From: Octopus sinensis
Lineage: Eukaryota
DNA length: 64,000 bases
Assembly: GCF_006345805.1 (NCBI RefSeq)
Contig: NC_043000.1
Coordinates: 65,906,001-65,970,000 of the forward strand
Reading direction: 5' to 3'
The notes beneath the pieces were generated by a model that was not told the DNA's origin, ran no database searches, and saw only the letters and a list, made by a program, of their open reading frames with translations. Positions 1 through 10,929 of the stretch are shown piece after piece. The translations under genes were made by a program, and so were the position numbers. How positions within the stretch are numbered: position 1 is the stretch's first letter; each line of letters begins with the position of its first letter.

Positions 1-2089
1 TGCGTGTCCAGTGTCGTGGTGTATAAATGGCGAGTAGATTGAATGTGTGTAAGAGTAATGTATATGTTTAAGCAATGTGTGTATATGTGTGCGCGTGTGT
101 AACGAAAAAGGGGGGTGTTAAGGAAAAAGGACTCCAGCTGAGGGGAAGATGGAAGAGTGGTCCCGCGGAGGGCGGGCGTGGGGAAAACCCAACGACACGC
201 GACGGTCCCAGGAACGGGCGGGAGGTTTGTCGGTTCCAAGAGCGAGGTGCCTGCGGAGCGTATGCGTGCGCGAACCGGCGCAAGCGCGTGCGTGCGCGCG
301 CCTGCGAGTATGTGCGTAAGTATGTATGTGTGTGGATGTGTGAGTGTGTCTGTGTGTATGTCCGGGTGGCAGTGTGTCCGATGAATGTATGTGAGTATGT
401 GTGTATGTATGTGTGTGCATAGATGTATGTCCGTGTGTGTGTGTGTGTGTGTGTGTGTTGTGTGTGAGTGTGTATGTATGTACGTGTGGGTGTGGGGGGA
501 AGTGTGTGTATGTGCATGTGTGTGCGCGTACATACAGGTGTGTGAGTGAGTGTGTGTGTGTGTATGTATGTGTGAGTGTGTATGTATGTGTGTGTAGGAT
601 GCATGTATGTGTATGGGTGTATGTATGCATGTGTGTATGTATGTATGTGTACGTGCGTGTGTGTGTGTATGCGTGTGTAGGTGTGCGCGTGTGCATGCAT
701 GCTGCATGCATGTGCGTATGTGTGTGGTGTGTGCATGTGTGTGGGTATATGTGGTTATATGTATGGGCGTATATGTGTGTGTTGTGCGTACATGTGTGTG
801 GGTGTGTATGCATGTGTGTGTGTATGTAGGTGTGTAGGCGTGTGGTGTATAGTGTATGTATGTAAGTATGTATGGGTGGTGTATGTGTGTGTATGTAGTG
901 TGTGTATGTAGGTGTGTGGGGCGTGTGTATATGTGGTGTATGTAGGTGTGTGGGTCGTGTGTATATAGGTGTATGTGTGTATGTCTGGGTGTTGTCGTGC
1001 ATGTTGTGTGTGTGTGTGTGTATGCATGTGTATGTAGGTGTGTGTGTACGTGTGTAATGTATGTGTGTATGCGTGTGTATGCGTGCGTGTGTGTATGTAG
1101 GTGCGTGTGTGTGTGGTGTATGTGTGTGTGGAGTGTAGGTGTGTGTGTGCGTGTGCGTGTGCGTGTTTATGTTGGTGTGTGCGTATGTGAGTGTGAGTGT
1201 ATGGGTGTTTGTCATGCATGTGTGTGCGCGTGCAGGTGAGTGTGTGTGTAAGTATGTGTGTGTGTATGTTTGTGTGAGTGTGTATGTGTGTATGTCTGTG
1301 TGTATGTATGTGCGTATAGGAGTATGTGGGTATGTGTGTGTGTATGTATATGGGTGTATGTATGTATGGGTGTGTGTGCATGTGTATAAGTATATGTGTG
1401 TGTGCGTATGTTGTATATGTATATGTGTATGTGTGTGTGTTTATGTATGTGTGTATGTATGTGTGTAGGCGTGTGTGTGTAGATGTATGTATGTATGGGT
1501 GTGTGTCCGTGTGTGTTTGTGTGTGTGGTAGGTAGATGTGTGTGTCTGAGTGAGGGTATGGCTGTGTAGGTGTGTGTGTGTATGATGTAAGTGTGTGTGT
1601 GTATACAAGTGTAATGTATGTATGTAGGTGTGTGTGTGTGTGTATGTGTACGTGTGCGTGTGTATGTGGGTGTGTGTATGCGTGTGAGTGTGAGTGTATG
1701 GGTGTATGTCTGTGTGTGTGTATGTCTGAAGTAGGTATGTATGTGTATGTATGTATGTGTGTGTGTGTGCAGGTATGTGTGTGTATGTGTGTGTGTGAGT
1801 AGGTGTGCGTGTATGTTGTGGGTAGGGATGCATGCGAGTGGTGGGTATGTATGCATACATACGCACGCGCCACATCCGAAGCAAGCCCACACACACGAAG
1901 CGCGCCACGCACACAACGCACAAGCAGTACAACGCAAGCCCAAGGGGCCGACCAAGCCCCCAGCGCGCGCCAAGGCGCGCGAGCGCAAAGGCCCTCGAAC
2001 GCCCCGCTACGCGGGAACCGAGGATCCATCAGCCAAAACCGGAAAGCAGAAAAGAGGGGGGGCTGCCTGGATGCAAAAAGGTGTATGTG

Positions 2090-2126
<37 letters not shown>
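1..2126. repeat. Long degenerate (TG/TA/TATG) microsatellite tract with two garbled GC-rich islands (about 110-320 and 1860-2085)
   Basis: Irregular mixed di- and tetranucleotide repeats throughout; the H/T/Y- and V/C/M-rich ORFs here are translations of the repeat. Confidence 0.85.
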
Positions 2127-2132
<6 letters not shown>

Positions 2133-2370
2133 AGGGTGAAAAAATTGGATATTAATTTAATAATACCATCAATTTAACACCAAGTGGCTTAGCGCATAAA
2201 GACCAGGGATACAATAAAAATTTATACACAAATATAAGAGAGTGTCCTCTATGTGGTCGACTCTTGAGATCCGCTATGGTCTCAACCGCCAAGAATTGTT
2301 TCCAAGAAGAATTAGCACAACTATGAGCGTAAACGAGCAGGACAAATGAAAAATAACATAAATGTAGATT

Positions 2371-2857
2371 AATTCTAGACAATTGTTTCGCTATTAATGA
2401 ATTATGCAACTTTACTTACATAATATAGGCGCAGGAGTGGCTGTGTGGTAAGTAGCTTGTTTACCAACCACATGGTTCCGGGTTCAGTCCCATTGGGTGG
2501 CACGTTGGGCAAGTGTTTCCTACTATAGCCTCGGGCCGACCAAAGCCTTGTGAGTGGATTTGGTAGACGGAAACTGAAAGAAGCCCGTCGTATATATGTA
2601 TATATATATGTGTGTGTGTTTGTGTGTCTGTGTTTGTCCCCCTAGCATTGCTTGACAACCGATGCTGGTGTGTTTACGTCCCCGTCACTTAGCGGTTCGG
2701 CAAAAGAGACCGATAGAATAAGTACTGAGCTTACAAAGAATAAGTCCTGGGGTCGATTTGCTTGACTAAAGGCGGTGCTCCAGCATGGCCGCAGTCAAAT
2801 GACTGAAACAAGTAAAAGAGTAAAAGAGTAATATACACATAGCTCATCAGTAGAATT
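2371..2857 (-). ncRNA. Type I hammerhead ribozyme motif split by a SINE inserted in loop II
   Basis: Minus strand: AATTCTA-CTGATGA-GCTAT (2857-2839) ... ATAGC-GAAAC-AATT-GTC-TAGAATT (2395-2371). Stem I is AATTCTA/TAGAATT (7 bp); stem III has a palindromic AATT loop; GUC cleavage triplet. Confidence 0.8.
2428..2828 (+). mobile_element. Full-length tRNA-derived CORE-type SINE with internal microsatellite and LINE-like tail
   Basis: A-box-like TGGCTGTGTGGT, B-box-like GGTTCAGTCCC, CORE-like GGCACGTTGGGCAAGTG, tail GGCGGTGCTCCAGCATGGCCGCAGTC...GTAAAAGAG; 7-bp TSD TAATATA at 2421-2427 and 2829-2835. Confidence 0.9.
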
Positions 2858-3020
2858 TGTCTTGGATACAATTTACTAAACCGCACGCTAGATTTTAACA
2901 TAACGTCAAACACACGTGTGATTTAGTCAATTATATTCGCAGTTATGATTCGAATGCTCTCGCTATAGCGCGCCAAAGATCCCGGAAACAAATACTGCAT
3001 AAAAAATTTACTGCAGTATA

Positions 3021-3153
3021 TTTTTCATTTGTCCTGCTCGTTTACGCTCATAGTTGTGCTAATTCTCCTTGGAAACAATTCTTGGTGGTTGAGACCATAG
3101 CGGATCTATTTTTAGCGCAAGTGTCGACCACATAGTGGACACTCTCTTATATT

Positions 3154-3160
<7 letters not shown>
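3021..3160 (+). mobile_element. Inverted partial copy of the family-1 pLTR-like repeat
   Basis: Reverse complement of about 2215-2355; runs into (TG)/(TA)n. Confidence 0.75.
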
Positions 3161-3192
<32 letters not shown>

Positions 3193-3196
<4 letters not shown>

Positions 3197-3386
3197 GCTA
3201 GACCGCTGAACTCTACACTTTTTCTTTCATTCTCTCTGTATTTCCTCTTATTCCTTTCTGTCGAAGAACGTAGGCTTGAAACGTAAAAGACTTCCATTTT
3301 TGACTTGTGTTAAACTAACAAATACACTTGTTTGTAGTTCCTACACCTGTGTACGTTTTATGTTTTTCTATAAATTTGAACTATAA

Positions 3387-3388
<2 letters not shown>
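3193..3388 (+). mobile_element. Short PLE-like terminal fragment between microsatellites
   Basis: Contains GTCGAAGAACGTAGGCTTGAAACGTAAAAGAC, which resembles compact PLE hammerhead-like motifs; flanked by (TA)n and (TATG)n. Confidence 0.4.
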
Positions 3389-3421
<33 letters not shown>

Positions 3422-3651
3422 TGTATGTATGTATGTATGTATGTATGTATGCATGCATGCATGTATGTATGTATACATATATATTATACATATATACATT
3501 ATATATATATATATATATAGATATATATTATATATAGAGCGAGAGAGGGAGGAGAGAGAGAGAGAGAGTTATATTTTTGTTTATTATAAGACCGCGGCTG
3601 TGAAGTGCTCAGGCAGACAACCTGAGACGTTCGATATATATATTATATTCA

Positions 3652-4377
3652 AAAGGAGATTCAGGTAGGTTCAATGATGTAGAATAATAACACAATATAT
3701 ACATCAACATAAAAAACGGTGTATGCATATTATTAAAATATATTTAATGTATCACTCATTAAAAATTAAAACATATTAAACATTTACAGATACATGAATA
3801 TATAAAAATATAATAGGCATGTATAGGTAGAAAAACTATACTGATGTTTAAAAATATATTAGCATCATAAAAGGTATATATTGAAGACATCGTCCTACTT
3901 ACCGATTAAGAGCGGTTTGTTTAAAAAGCTATTTAAAAAATATTAAAAAATAAAAGTGCAAATCCTCACGAAAAGGTGAATGAAGAAATGTTTAAATATC
4001 CAGATGGATGGTAAAGTTTCCAATGATTAGATGGCGGTACTCCAATTCCAGTAATTAAGTGGTGATACTCCGACGGCCGTTTCAAGGGTACAATAATCCA
4101 TACAAATAAAGGATATTCCTATCCAAATTTAAGACACTGCTTCCTTCATCAGGGACAATGTATTAGTTAAGGTTTCACATCTCATATACTGTTTTTCTAC
4201 CCATGTATACATGTATTACATTTTTATATATTCATGTATCTGCAAATTTTTAATATGCTTTAATATTTTAATGAATGATATATTAAATATATTTTAATAA
4301 TATGCATACACCAGTTTTATGGCTGAGTATATGTTGTATTATTATTCTAACTTGTTGAAACTACCTGAATTCTTTGG
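3652..4377. repeat. Long inverted repeat (arms about 3652-3850 and 4170-4377) enclosing a hammerhead motif
   Basis: For example GGTGTATGCATATTATTAAAATATATTTAAT (from 3718) versus ATTAAATATATTTTAATAATATGCATACACC (about 4281-4311). Confidence 0.8.
4065..4163 (-). ncRNA. Type I hammerhead ribozyme motif
   Basis: Minus strand: TCC-CTGATGA(4152-4146)-AGG...CCTT-GAAAC-GGCC-GTC(4074-4072)-GGA. Palindromic GGCC loop III; stem I TCC/GGA plus ATAC/GTAT; stem II is imperfect. Confidence 0.6.
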
Positions 4378-4544
4378 CTATGTGGTGAGAAGCTTGCTTC
4401 CCAACCACATAGTTCCGCGTTCAGTTACACTGCGTGGTACCTTGAGCAAGTGTCTTCTACTATAGCCTCGGATCGACCAAAGCCTTGTGAGTGGATTTGG
4501 TGGACGGAAACTGAAAGAAGTTATATATATATATATATATATAT

Positions 4545-4584
<40 letters not shown>

Positions 4585-4877
4585 CGGAGATATTCTTGCA
4601 GAGCACGTGACTTGATCTGAGATCGAGTGCTGAAACAAAAGCAATTGTAGCGTGGAAGGTGTTCATAACCCTTTAAAGCACACAAAAACCCGTTAGATTG
4701 ACTTCAACATTTAAATTTATTTGGTCAAACATTTTCGTCGCTTTGAAACCACGATCTGTTCACTGACAAAATTCCGTGCTGCATCTATCATACACTGTTA
4801 TATGTGATATGTTGTGTATATATATATATATATTATATATATATATATATATCATATATATATATATATATATATAT

Positions 4878-4935
<58 letters not shown>

Positions 4936-4943
4936 ATATATAT

Positions 4944-4976
<33 letters not shown>

Positions 4977-5098
4977 TTGTGTTTGTGTTTGTCCCCACCG
5001 CCAGTTGCTTGACACCGATGTTGATGTGTCTACGTCCCCGTAACTTCGTGGTTCGGCAAAAGAGACCGATAGAGGCCTGGGGACGATTTGTTTGATTT
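4375..5098 (+). mobile_element. CORE-type SINE whose internal (TA)n has received a PLE-like fragment (head 4375-4522, tail 4977-5098)
   Basis: Head and tail both match 2428-2828 and are separated by (TA)n, the 4582-4800 insert and more (TA)n. Confidence 0.75.
4582..4800 (-). mobile_element. PLE-like terminal repeat (family 3), second copy at 44132-44340
   Basis: Clear end-to-end similarity to 44132-44340; both abut (TA)n; both carry a hammerhead-like fold on the minus strand. Confidence 0.65.
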
Positions 5099-5263
5099 GT
5101 ATATGAAACACTTTGAAGCGCTCAATGATTCATACATACGCCGATGTCTCTACGAGGACACTTCCGCAGAGTAAAGAGTGGCTATAAGAGAAATCCAGGC
5201 GAGCAGATATGGAGGCAATTATGGGATAAATAGAATATAACAGCTTGGGTTTGATATGCAATA

Positions 5264-5294
<31 letters not shown>

Positions 5295-5362
5295 ATGTTG
5301 TGGCGCGCGCGCGTATTCGTGTAAACAGAAAGAAAGTAAATACCGGAGATTTTTTGACGATG

Positions 5363-5462
5363 NNNNNNNNNNNNNNNNNNNNNNNNNNNNNNNNNNNNNN
5401 NNNNNNNNNNNNNNNNNNNNNNNNNNNNNNNNNNNNNNNNNNNNNNNNNNNNNNNNNNNNNN
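5363..5462. other. Assembly gap (100 N)
   Basis: Run of exactly 100 N, typical of a gap of unknown size. Confidence 1.
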
Positions 5463-5878
5463 CGTACTTATCGTTATGGTAAAATCTGGCGTGTGATTGA
5501 GTGGATTTCATCCAGATAGTTTTGGCTGACGAGCTAAATGGATTTTTTTTGTAAGTAAAATTACATTTAATTCATTAATAGCGAAACAATTGTCCCAAAA
5601 TAATCTGTATTTTTGTTATTTTTATTTGCCCTGTCCGTGTGAGCTAACAACGTACTAACTTTCATGGGAAACATGTATTTTCGTGGTTGAAACCTTTTGG
5701 ATTAACTGGTGCTAGAGTGAGCCATTATAGTGACCACTCTCTTATATTTATTTTGTAAATATTATAATATGTTATAAAATATTATAATAATCCAGGTTTC
5801 TCGGAGCACTAGGCCACTTGGTGTTGAATGGATATACTATTAAATTAGTATCTAATTCTCTCACCCTTATTAATTAAT
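5463..5878 (+). mobile_element. Diverged family-1 pLTR-like repeat
   Basis: Collinear with the minus strand of 2127-2910 once the SINE is removed; ends in (TA)n at about 5878. Confidence 0.7.
5513..5607 (+). ncRNA. Intact type I hammerhead ribozyme motif
   Basis: CAGATAGTTTTGG-CTGACGA(5526-5532)-GCTAAATGGA...TTCATTAATAGC-GAAAC(5583-5587)-AATT-GTC(5592-5594)-CCAAAATAATCTG; long stem I and a paired stem II. Confidence 0.85.
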
Positions 5879-5997
<119 letters not shown>

Positions 5998-6636
5998 AAA
6001 TGTATAATATTAAATATCCATCACGGCTGGTTTTATCAATCGGTTGCGTAAAGAATACAATGGAGTGTGTGTGTGTTAGGTAACAAACTGTTTATATAAC
6101 TTTACGCTCATTAGAGTTAGCTGATACTGAAGGAAATATGACGACTGCTCTCTATTGCGGACGTGGATTAGCACAACCGGTCAGCGGTTGCTATGGAAAA
6201 CGTGGTGAAACGAAAAAGGGGCCAGGGGATTAGTTTACGAGTTATGTCCTTTGGTTGGGTTTGCTGTGAAACCAGCAACAGGTTATCTTGAAGAGGGGAA
6301 AGTGTGTATTATTGATGGGATACTCCTGAGAGGATGGGGTGTACGGTATGTGTAGCAGTGTCACATGTATAATTTTTTCCGGGGGTGTAGATATATATAG
6401 ATGTGTTCGTCGGTCGTGTTTTCTTTCTGGATACATACATATATGTACATATATATACAAATATACATATACACACACACACACATATATATATAGATAT
6501 ATATATATAGATATATATATATATATATAAGTATATAATATATATATAGGTATATATCTATATGGATATAATATATAGTATATATATATATATATAGAGG
6601 TATATATAGTATATATATATATTATCTAGATATATA

Positions 6637-6675
<39 letters not shown>

Positions 6676-6706
6676 CTCATATATATATATATATATATAT
6701 ATATCT

Positions 6707-6778
<72 letters not shown>

Positions 6779-6786
6779 ATATCTGT

Positions 6787-7396
6787 ATATATATTAGAAG
6801 AAATAAGGTACTCAGAAATCTGGATGGTTTTATATTTACAGATTTAATTAATATGTCATATGTTTTTATAAATCATATATTAGCGCTTGCATCCACTCTA
6901 GAGATTCGTCTCTTTTTATGGTATTATTGAGTGTATAAGGATGGAGAGAGATATAGGATAGTAAAAGAGGGTGAGGGATGGGGAGAAAGTGGGAGAGACT
7001 GCGTGGGGGATATGTGTGTGTCTGTATCTGAAAGAAGTGTCACTGGAAAATGCTGTCTGGAAGTAAACACATTTTTTCTTCTTTCTCTCTTCCTTCTTCC
7101 TTTCCTTCTCTTTTCCATTGATACTCCTTTCAGATACAAAGTCACACACACACACGCACTCTCTCACTTTCTCCCCATTCCTCACCCTCTTTTACTATCC
7201 TATATCTCTCTCCACCACTATACACTCAATAATACTATAAAAAGAGACGAATCTCCTCAAAATATTCAATCTGAAGAATCCACTAGAGTGGATGCAAGCG
7301 CTATTATATGATTTATAAAAACATCTGACATATTAATAAAAATCTGTAAATATAAAACCGTCCAGATTTCTGAGTACCTTATTTCTTCTAATATAT
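6787..7396. repeat. Foldback element (arms 6787-7050 and 7111-7396) flanked by TA-rich repeats
   Basis: The arms are reverse complements; the left arm lacks about 30 bp containing the CTGAAGA core. Confidence 0.85.
7271..7303 (+). ncRNA. Degenerate minimal hammerhead motif (GCAA instead of GAAA)
   Basis: CTGAAGA-ATCCAC-TAGA-GTGGAT-GCAA-GCGC-TA; perfect 6-bp stem II and palindromic loop III, but stem I is poor and the A13 position is C. Confidence 0.5.
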
Positions 7397-8219
7397 AAAA
7401 CCTGTACATCATCTCCAAACCTTCAAATATACATATACATATATATATATGCATATATGTATGTATTTATTTATGTATACACGCGAGCGCGCGCAAACAC
7501 TGGAACACGGACACATAAGAAGAGAAAATATGTATGATGTGTGAATAGTTACAGTTTTTTATTTGGGGGCTATAAATTTATGATTCCTGTGTAAACAGGC
7601 AAATATTCTTTTAAAATAACTAGAAACTTTCTCACAGGTTAGTTTCAGGGGTTTTTTTTCCTCATTAGAGAAAACATACTTTTTATTTCTCATCTATTCA
7701 AAGAAATACTCATTTGAATTATTATATACACTGCTTACTTAATTATGTAACCGATTAATTTATTATATGCAAATGAAGGCCGTTTATGTTACTTCCGGAT
7801 TAGCTACAGCTATATGTTGGTAGATTTCTAAGGAAATTGGCAAATAGTTTTCTGTATACTTAAGTGAACAGTATGATGATTTCACATCATCTCAATCTAC
7901 AATGTAATGGTTTTCTATTAAATAACCATAGATTTATCTACATTATACATATTTCAGATGTTCTGAATTACTGTGTTTCTGTGTGCATGTTCAAAATACC
8001 TAGGCGCGCTCAACGAAACTACCAAGTGAGTAAATCGGAGAAACCACCAATAAATATTTCGTATACTCAAAAATGAAATCTCTGCCATAGATTTCTACAA
8101 TTCTGTGTAATTGCATTGTATTCTATATTAAGTCCATTTATTTTGGGTTATCGAGACATCAAAGTTGAGTTATTTATTTATTACTTAGAATGCTGAAAGG
8201 ACAATTTAAAACAGATACA

Positions 8220-8222
8220 CAC

Positions 8223-8313
<91 letters not shown>

Positions 8314-8321
8314 GATAGATA

Positions 8322-8356
<35 letters not shown>
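8220..8356. repeat. (GATA)n plus (GA)n microsatellite
   Basis: Directly visible. Confidence 0.95.
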
Positions 8357-8357
<1 letters not shown>

Positions 8358-8358
<1 letters not shown>

Positions 8359-8595
8359 TGGAGGCGCGTGGCTTAGTGGTTGAGATGTTGGACTTACGGT
8401 CGTAAGATTCTGGCTTCGATTCCTGGACCGGGAGATGCGTTGTGTTCTTGAGCAAAACACTTCATGTTGCTTCAGTTCACTCGGTGGCCAAAATGAGTAA
8501 TCCTGGGACGGACTATTATATATGGAGGAAAAATATACGCCACAGAAATCGAGGAAGCAGCCCCATGAGTCTATATGACTCGGTAAGTACCTTTA
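8358..8595 (+). mobile_element. tRNA-derived SINE (second family)
   Basis: A box TGGCTTAGTGG, B box GCTTCGATTCC; homologous to 59266-59500. Confidence 0.85.
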
Positions 8596-8751
8596 TATAT
8601 ATATAAAGAGAGAGAGAGAGCTAGCGAATCTCCACCATGTCACACTCGTACAGTCAGGTAAAGACGGAGACATGGTACAACGTTGCCATATATAACGACA
8701 AACGTGTTTGATTATCACTGATTAGGCTGACCCAACTCTACACCACCATCA

Positions 8752-8779
8752 ACACTACTACTACTACTACGACTACTAG

Positions 8780-8812
<33 letters not shown>

Positions 8813-8830
8813 CACAACCAGCACCATTGC

Positions 8831-8874
<44 letters not shown>

Positions 8875-8920
8875 CTAGTAGTAGTAGTACTAGTAGTAGT
8901 AGTAGTAGTAGTACTAGTAC

Positions 8921-8956
<36 letters not shown>

Positions 8957-8967
8957 CAGTAGTAGCA
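8752..8967. repeat. Opposed (CTA)n and (TAG)n trinucleotide tracts
   Basis: (ACT)n at about 8752-8802 followed by (AGT)n at about 8832-8960. Confidence 0.9.
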
Positions 8968-9218
8968 ACAGCATCATAACATTCAATAATTGACAAGCGT
9001 TATGAAGTTTGTAGCGTAAAAATCATAATTTCTCTCATTTTTCATTTGCTCTTAATAGCATCACTGTTGTGTTTGCAAAATTTTATTTTATTCTATTTTT
9101 TTTATGGGTGTGTGTCGTTAAAATGTGCACATACCACTACTACTACTGCTGCTGCTGCTGCTTCTGCTGCTGCTATCACTACTACTACTATTCTTTTCCT
9201 GCACCTTCTTCTTCTTTG

Positions 9219-9269
<51 letters not shown>

Positions 9270-9678
9270 TAACTGAGTGACCATTTTTCTTTTCTTGAAA
9301 TAAGTTTGCTCGTTTGTTTGCATAACGGCTTATTATATTTTTTGGGTGTGTCGTTAAATTATACGCAATACTAACCAATGTGTTATGTTATTGTTTAACC
9401 CCATCTCAACCGTGATTGAGTTAACTTCTGATCAAAGGCGTTCCTGTTGTGATTAACCAGCCACTTTGATTTATCTGTTAACATATTTAGTTATTCTACT
9501 TATTTATTTATATATTTGTATACATCTTGGGCAAAATCACACACACTAACACACACTCACACACACACGCACACATATACACATACAACATATATAAGTA
9601 TATCGTCAGTAAATCATAAATCTGAAAACGAAGCACACTCTAAGTTATAGAGCAGTAAACTATATAGATAAATGTAGA

Positions 9679-9860
9679 TATGGCCGGTCTATTGGGTGAC
9701 TCTGGGTTTTCTGTCCATAAAGCGCTTAGTTTTACAACGTTTCTTAAGACTGGCCTATGGCCTCTCTAGCAAGGCCAACGAGTTTAGGGTCAGAAGATTC
9801 GTTGTAAAGCTAAATGCTTTATGGACGTGAAACCCATGGTAAACCCATAGACCGGTCATA
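9679..9860. mobile_element. MITE-like palindromic element
   Basis: About 60-bp imperfect TIRs: TATGGCCGGTCTATTGGGT...CATAAAGCGCTTAGTTTTACAACG and CGTTGTAAAGCTAAATGCTTTATGG...CCCATAGACCGGTCATA. Confidence 0.65.
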
Positions 9861-10013
9861 GAATTAGGACCATCTGTGTCTGTCCTACGCGTACGCTTTT
9901 TAGCTATCGTTGTTTATTTAATGCATTTTTCATTTATTGAGTAACCCAACGCCATGCATTCCAACTTTCGCTAAAAGTAAGTTTTCACACACACAAACAC
10001 ACACACACACACG

Positions 10014-10075
<62 letters not shown>

Positions 10076-10676
10076 ATATATATATATATTAGAAAGTCTA
10101 TGAGAATTACTTCAAACTGTTTTGAAGTGTAAAGGTAATTTTTTTAAAAATCATTTTTATAGAAATGTTATGAAGTCTTTTATCACAGATGTTACTAACC
10201 TTTTTGGGGAATAAATTTTTTTCTGCGTGAACACTTACGTTTAACCTTTTCAAACACACATGCTCTTAAAGAGGAAGTTGTTACTTTTGTGATAGTGATA
10301 GTATTCATTATTTCCGGTTTATTTTCCGACTTATGGTTTTAGTCATAAATATTCTTTTACCATTGTTTATTATATGGAGTGTTGGCTATTTTCGGTTTAA
10401 TTTCTGATTAAGAATTCTTATAAAGTATTCTTCTTTTGCCTTTCGTAGTTGAACATTTTCATCGTAAAATGGGAATATTTTAAATTTTCCATTTGCACAG
10501 ATATCTTGAAGTTCACTACATGGGACATTCCTAAGAGATGAATCCCTAATTTGTTGTTTATGCACATTTACAAGGGTAGTCAGTTTCCTTCCTGCCTCCC
10601 CAATGTAGTTTTCATTGCATTGTGGGCATGTGATGCAGTAAATGAGGGTTTTTTGTATATGTGTGTGTGTGTGTGT

Positions 10677-10736
<60 letters not shown>

Positions 10737-10929
10737 TGTATACAGGCATATCTCGGCTTAAGTCGTTTCGATTATACGTTGGCTTTCAAAAATAATATAT
10801 GAAAAAATAAAAATCAAGTCAAGTCATTTTACTCAACTTTACGTCTGTCCGCCACAAATATTGGAATCGTAAAATCACTAGAAAACCGTTAAAAGCACAT
10901 AAAATCATTTTAAAACACGTGCAGTAAAT

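Larger units (their letters stand above)
2127..2910 (-). mobile_element. Penelope-type pLTR-like repeat (family 1) carrying a hammerhead, interrupted by a SINE
   Basis: 2200-2360 is the reverse complement of 3021-3160 and is homologous to 5463-5878; it carries an HHR core on the minus strand and ends in (TA)n at 2126. Confidence 0.7.

Noticed and set aside
110-320. GC-rich island resembling a CpG-island promoter
   Set aside because: It lies in visibly garbled repeat sequence. The matching island at 1860-2085 looks like a corrupted CORE-SINE head (GGGGCCGACCAAGCC...CGGAAAGCAGAAAAG), pointing to low-accuracy long-read sequence.
68-2177. Long ORFs of up to 447 aa (HT-, VC- and MYVC-rich), and similar ORFs throughout the window
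   Set aside because: They are translations of (TG)/(CA)/(TA)/(TACA) microsatellites, which lack stop codons in several frames; there is no domain content.
8612-8645. CCACCATG...CAG|GTAAAG, a possible first exon (MSHSYSQ)
   Set aside because: Short motif coincidence between a SINE and microsatellites, with no promoter context or partner exon.
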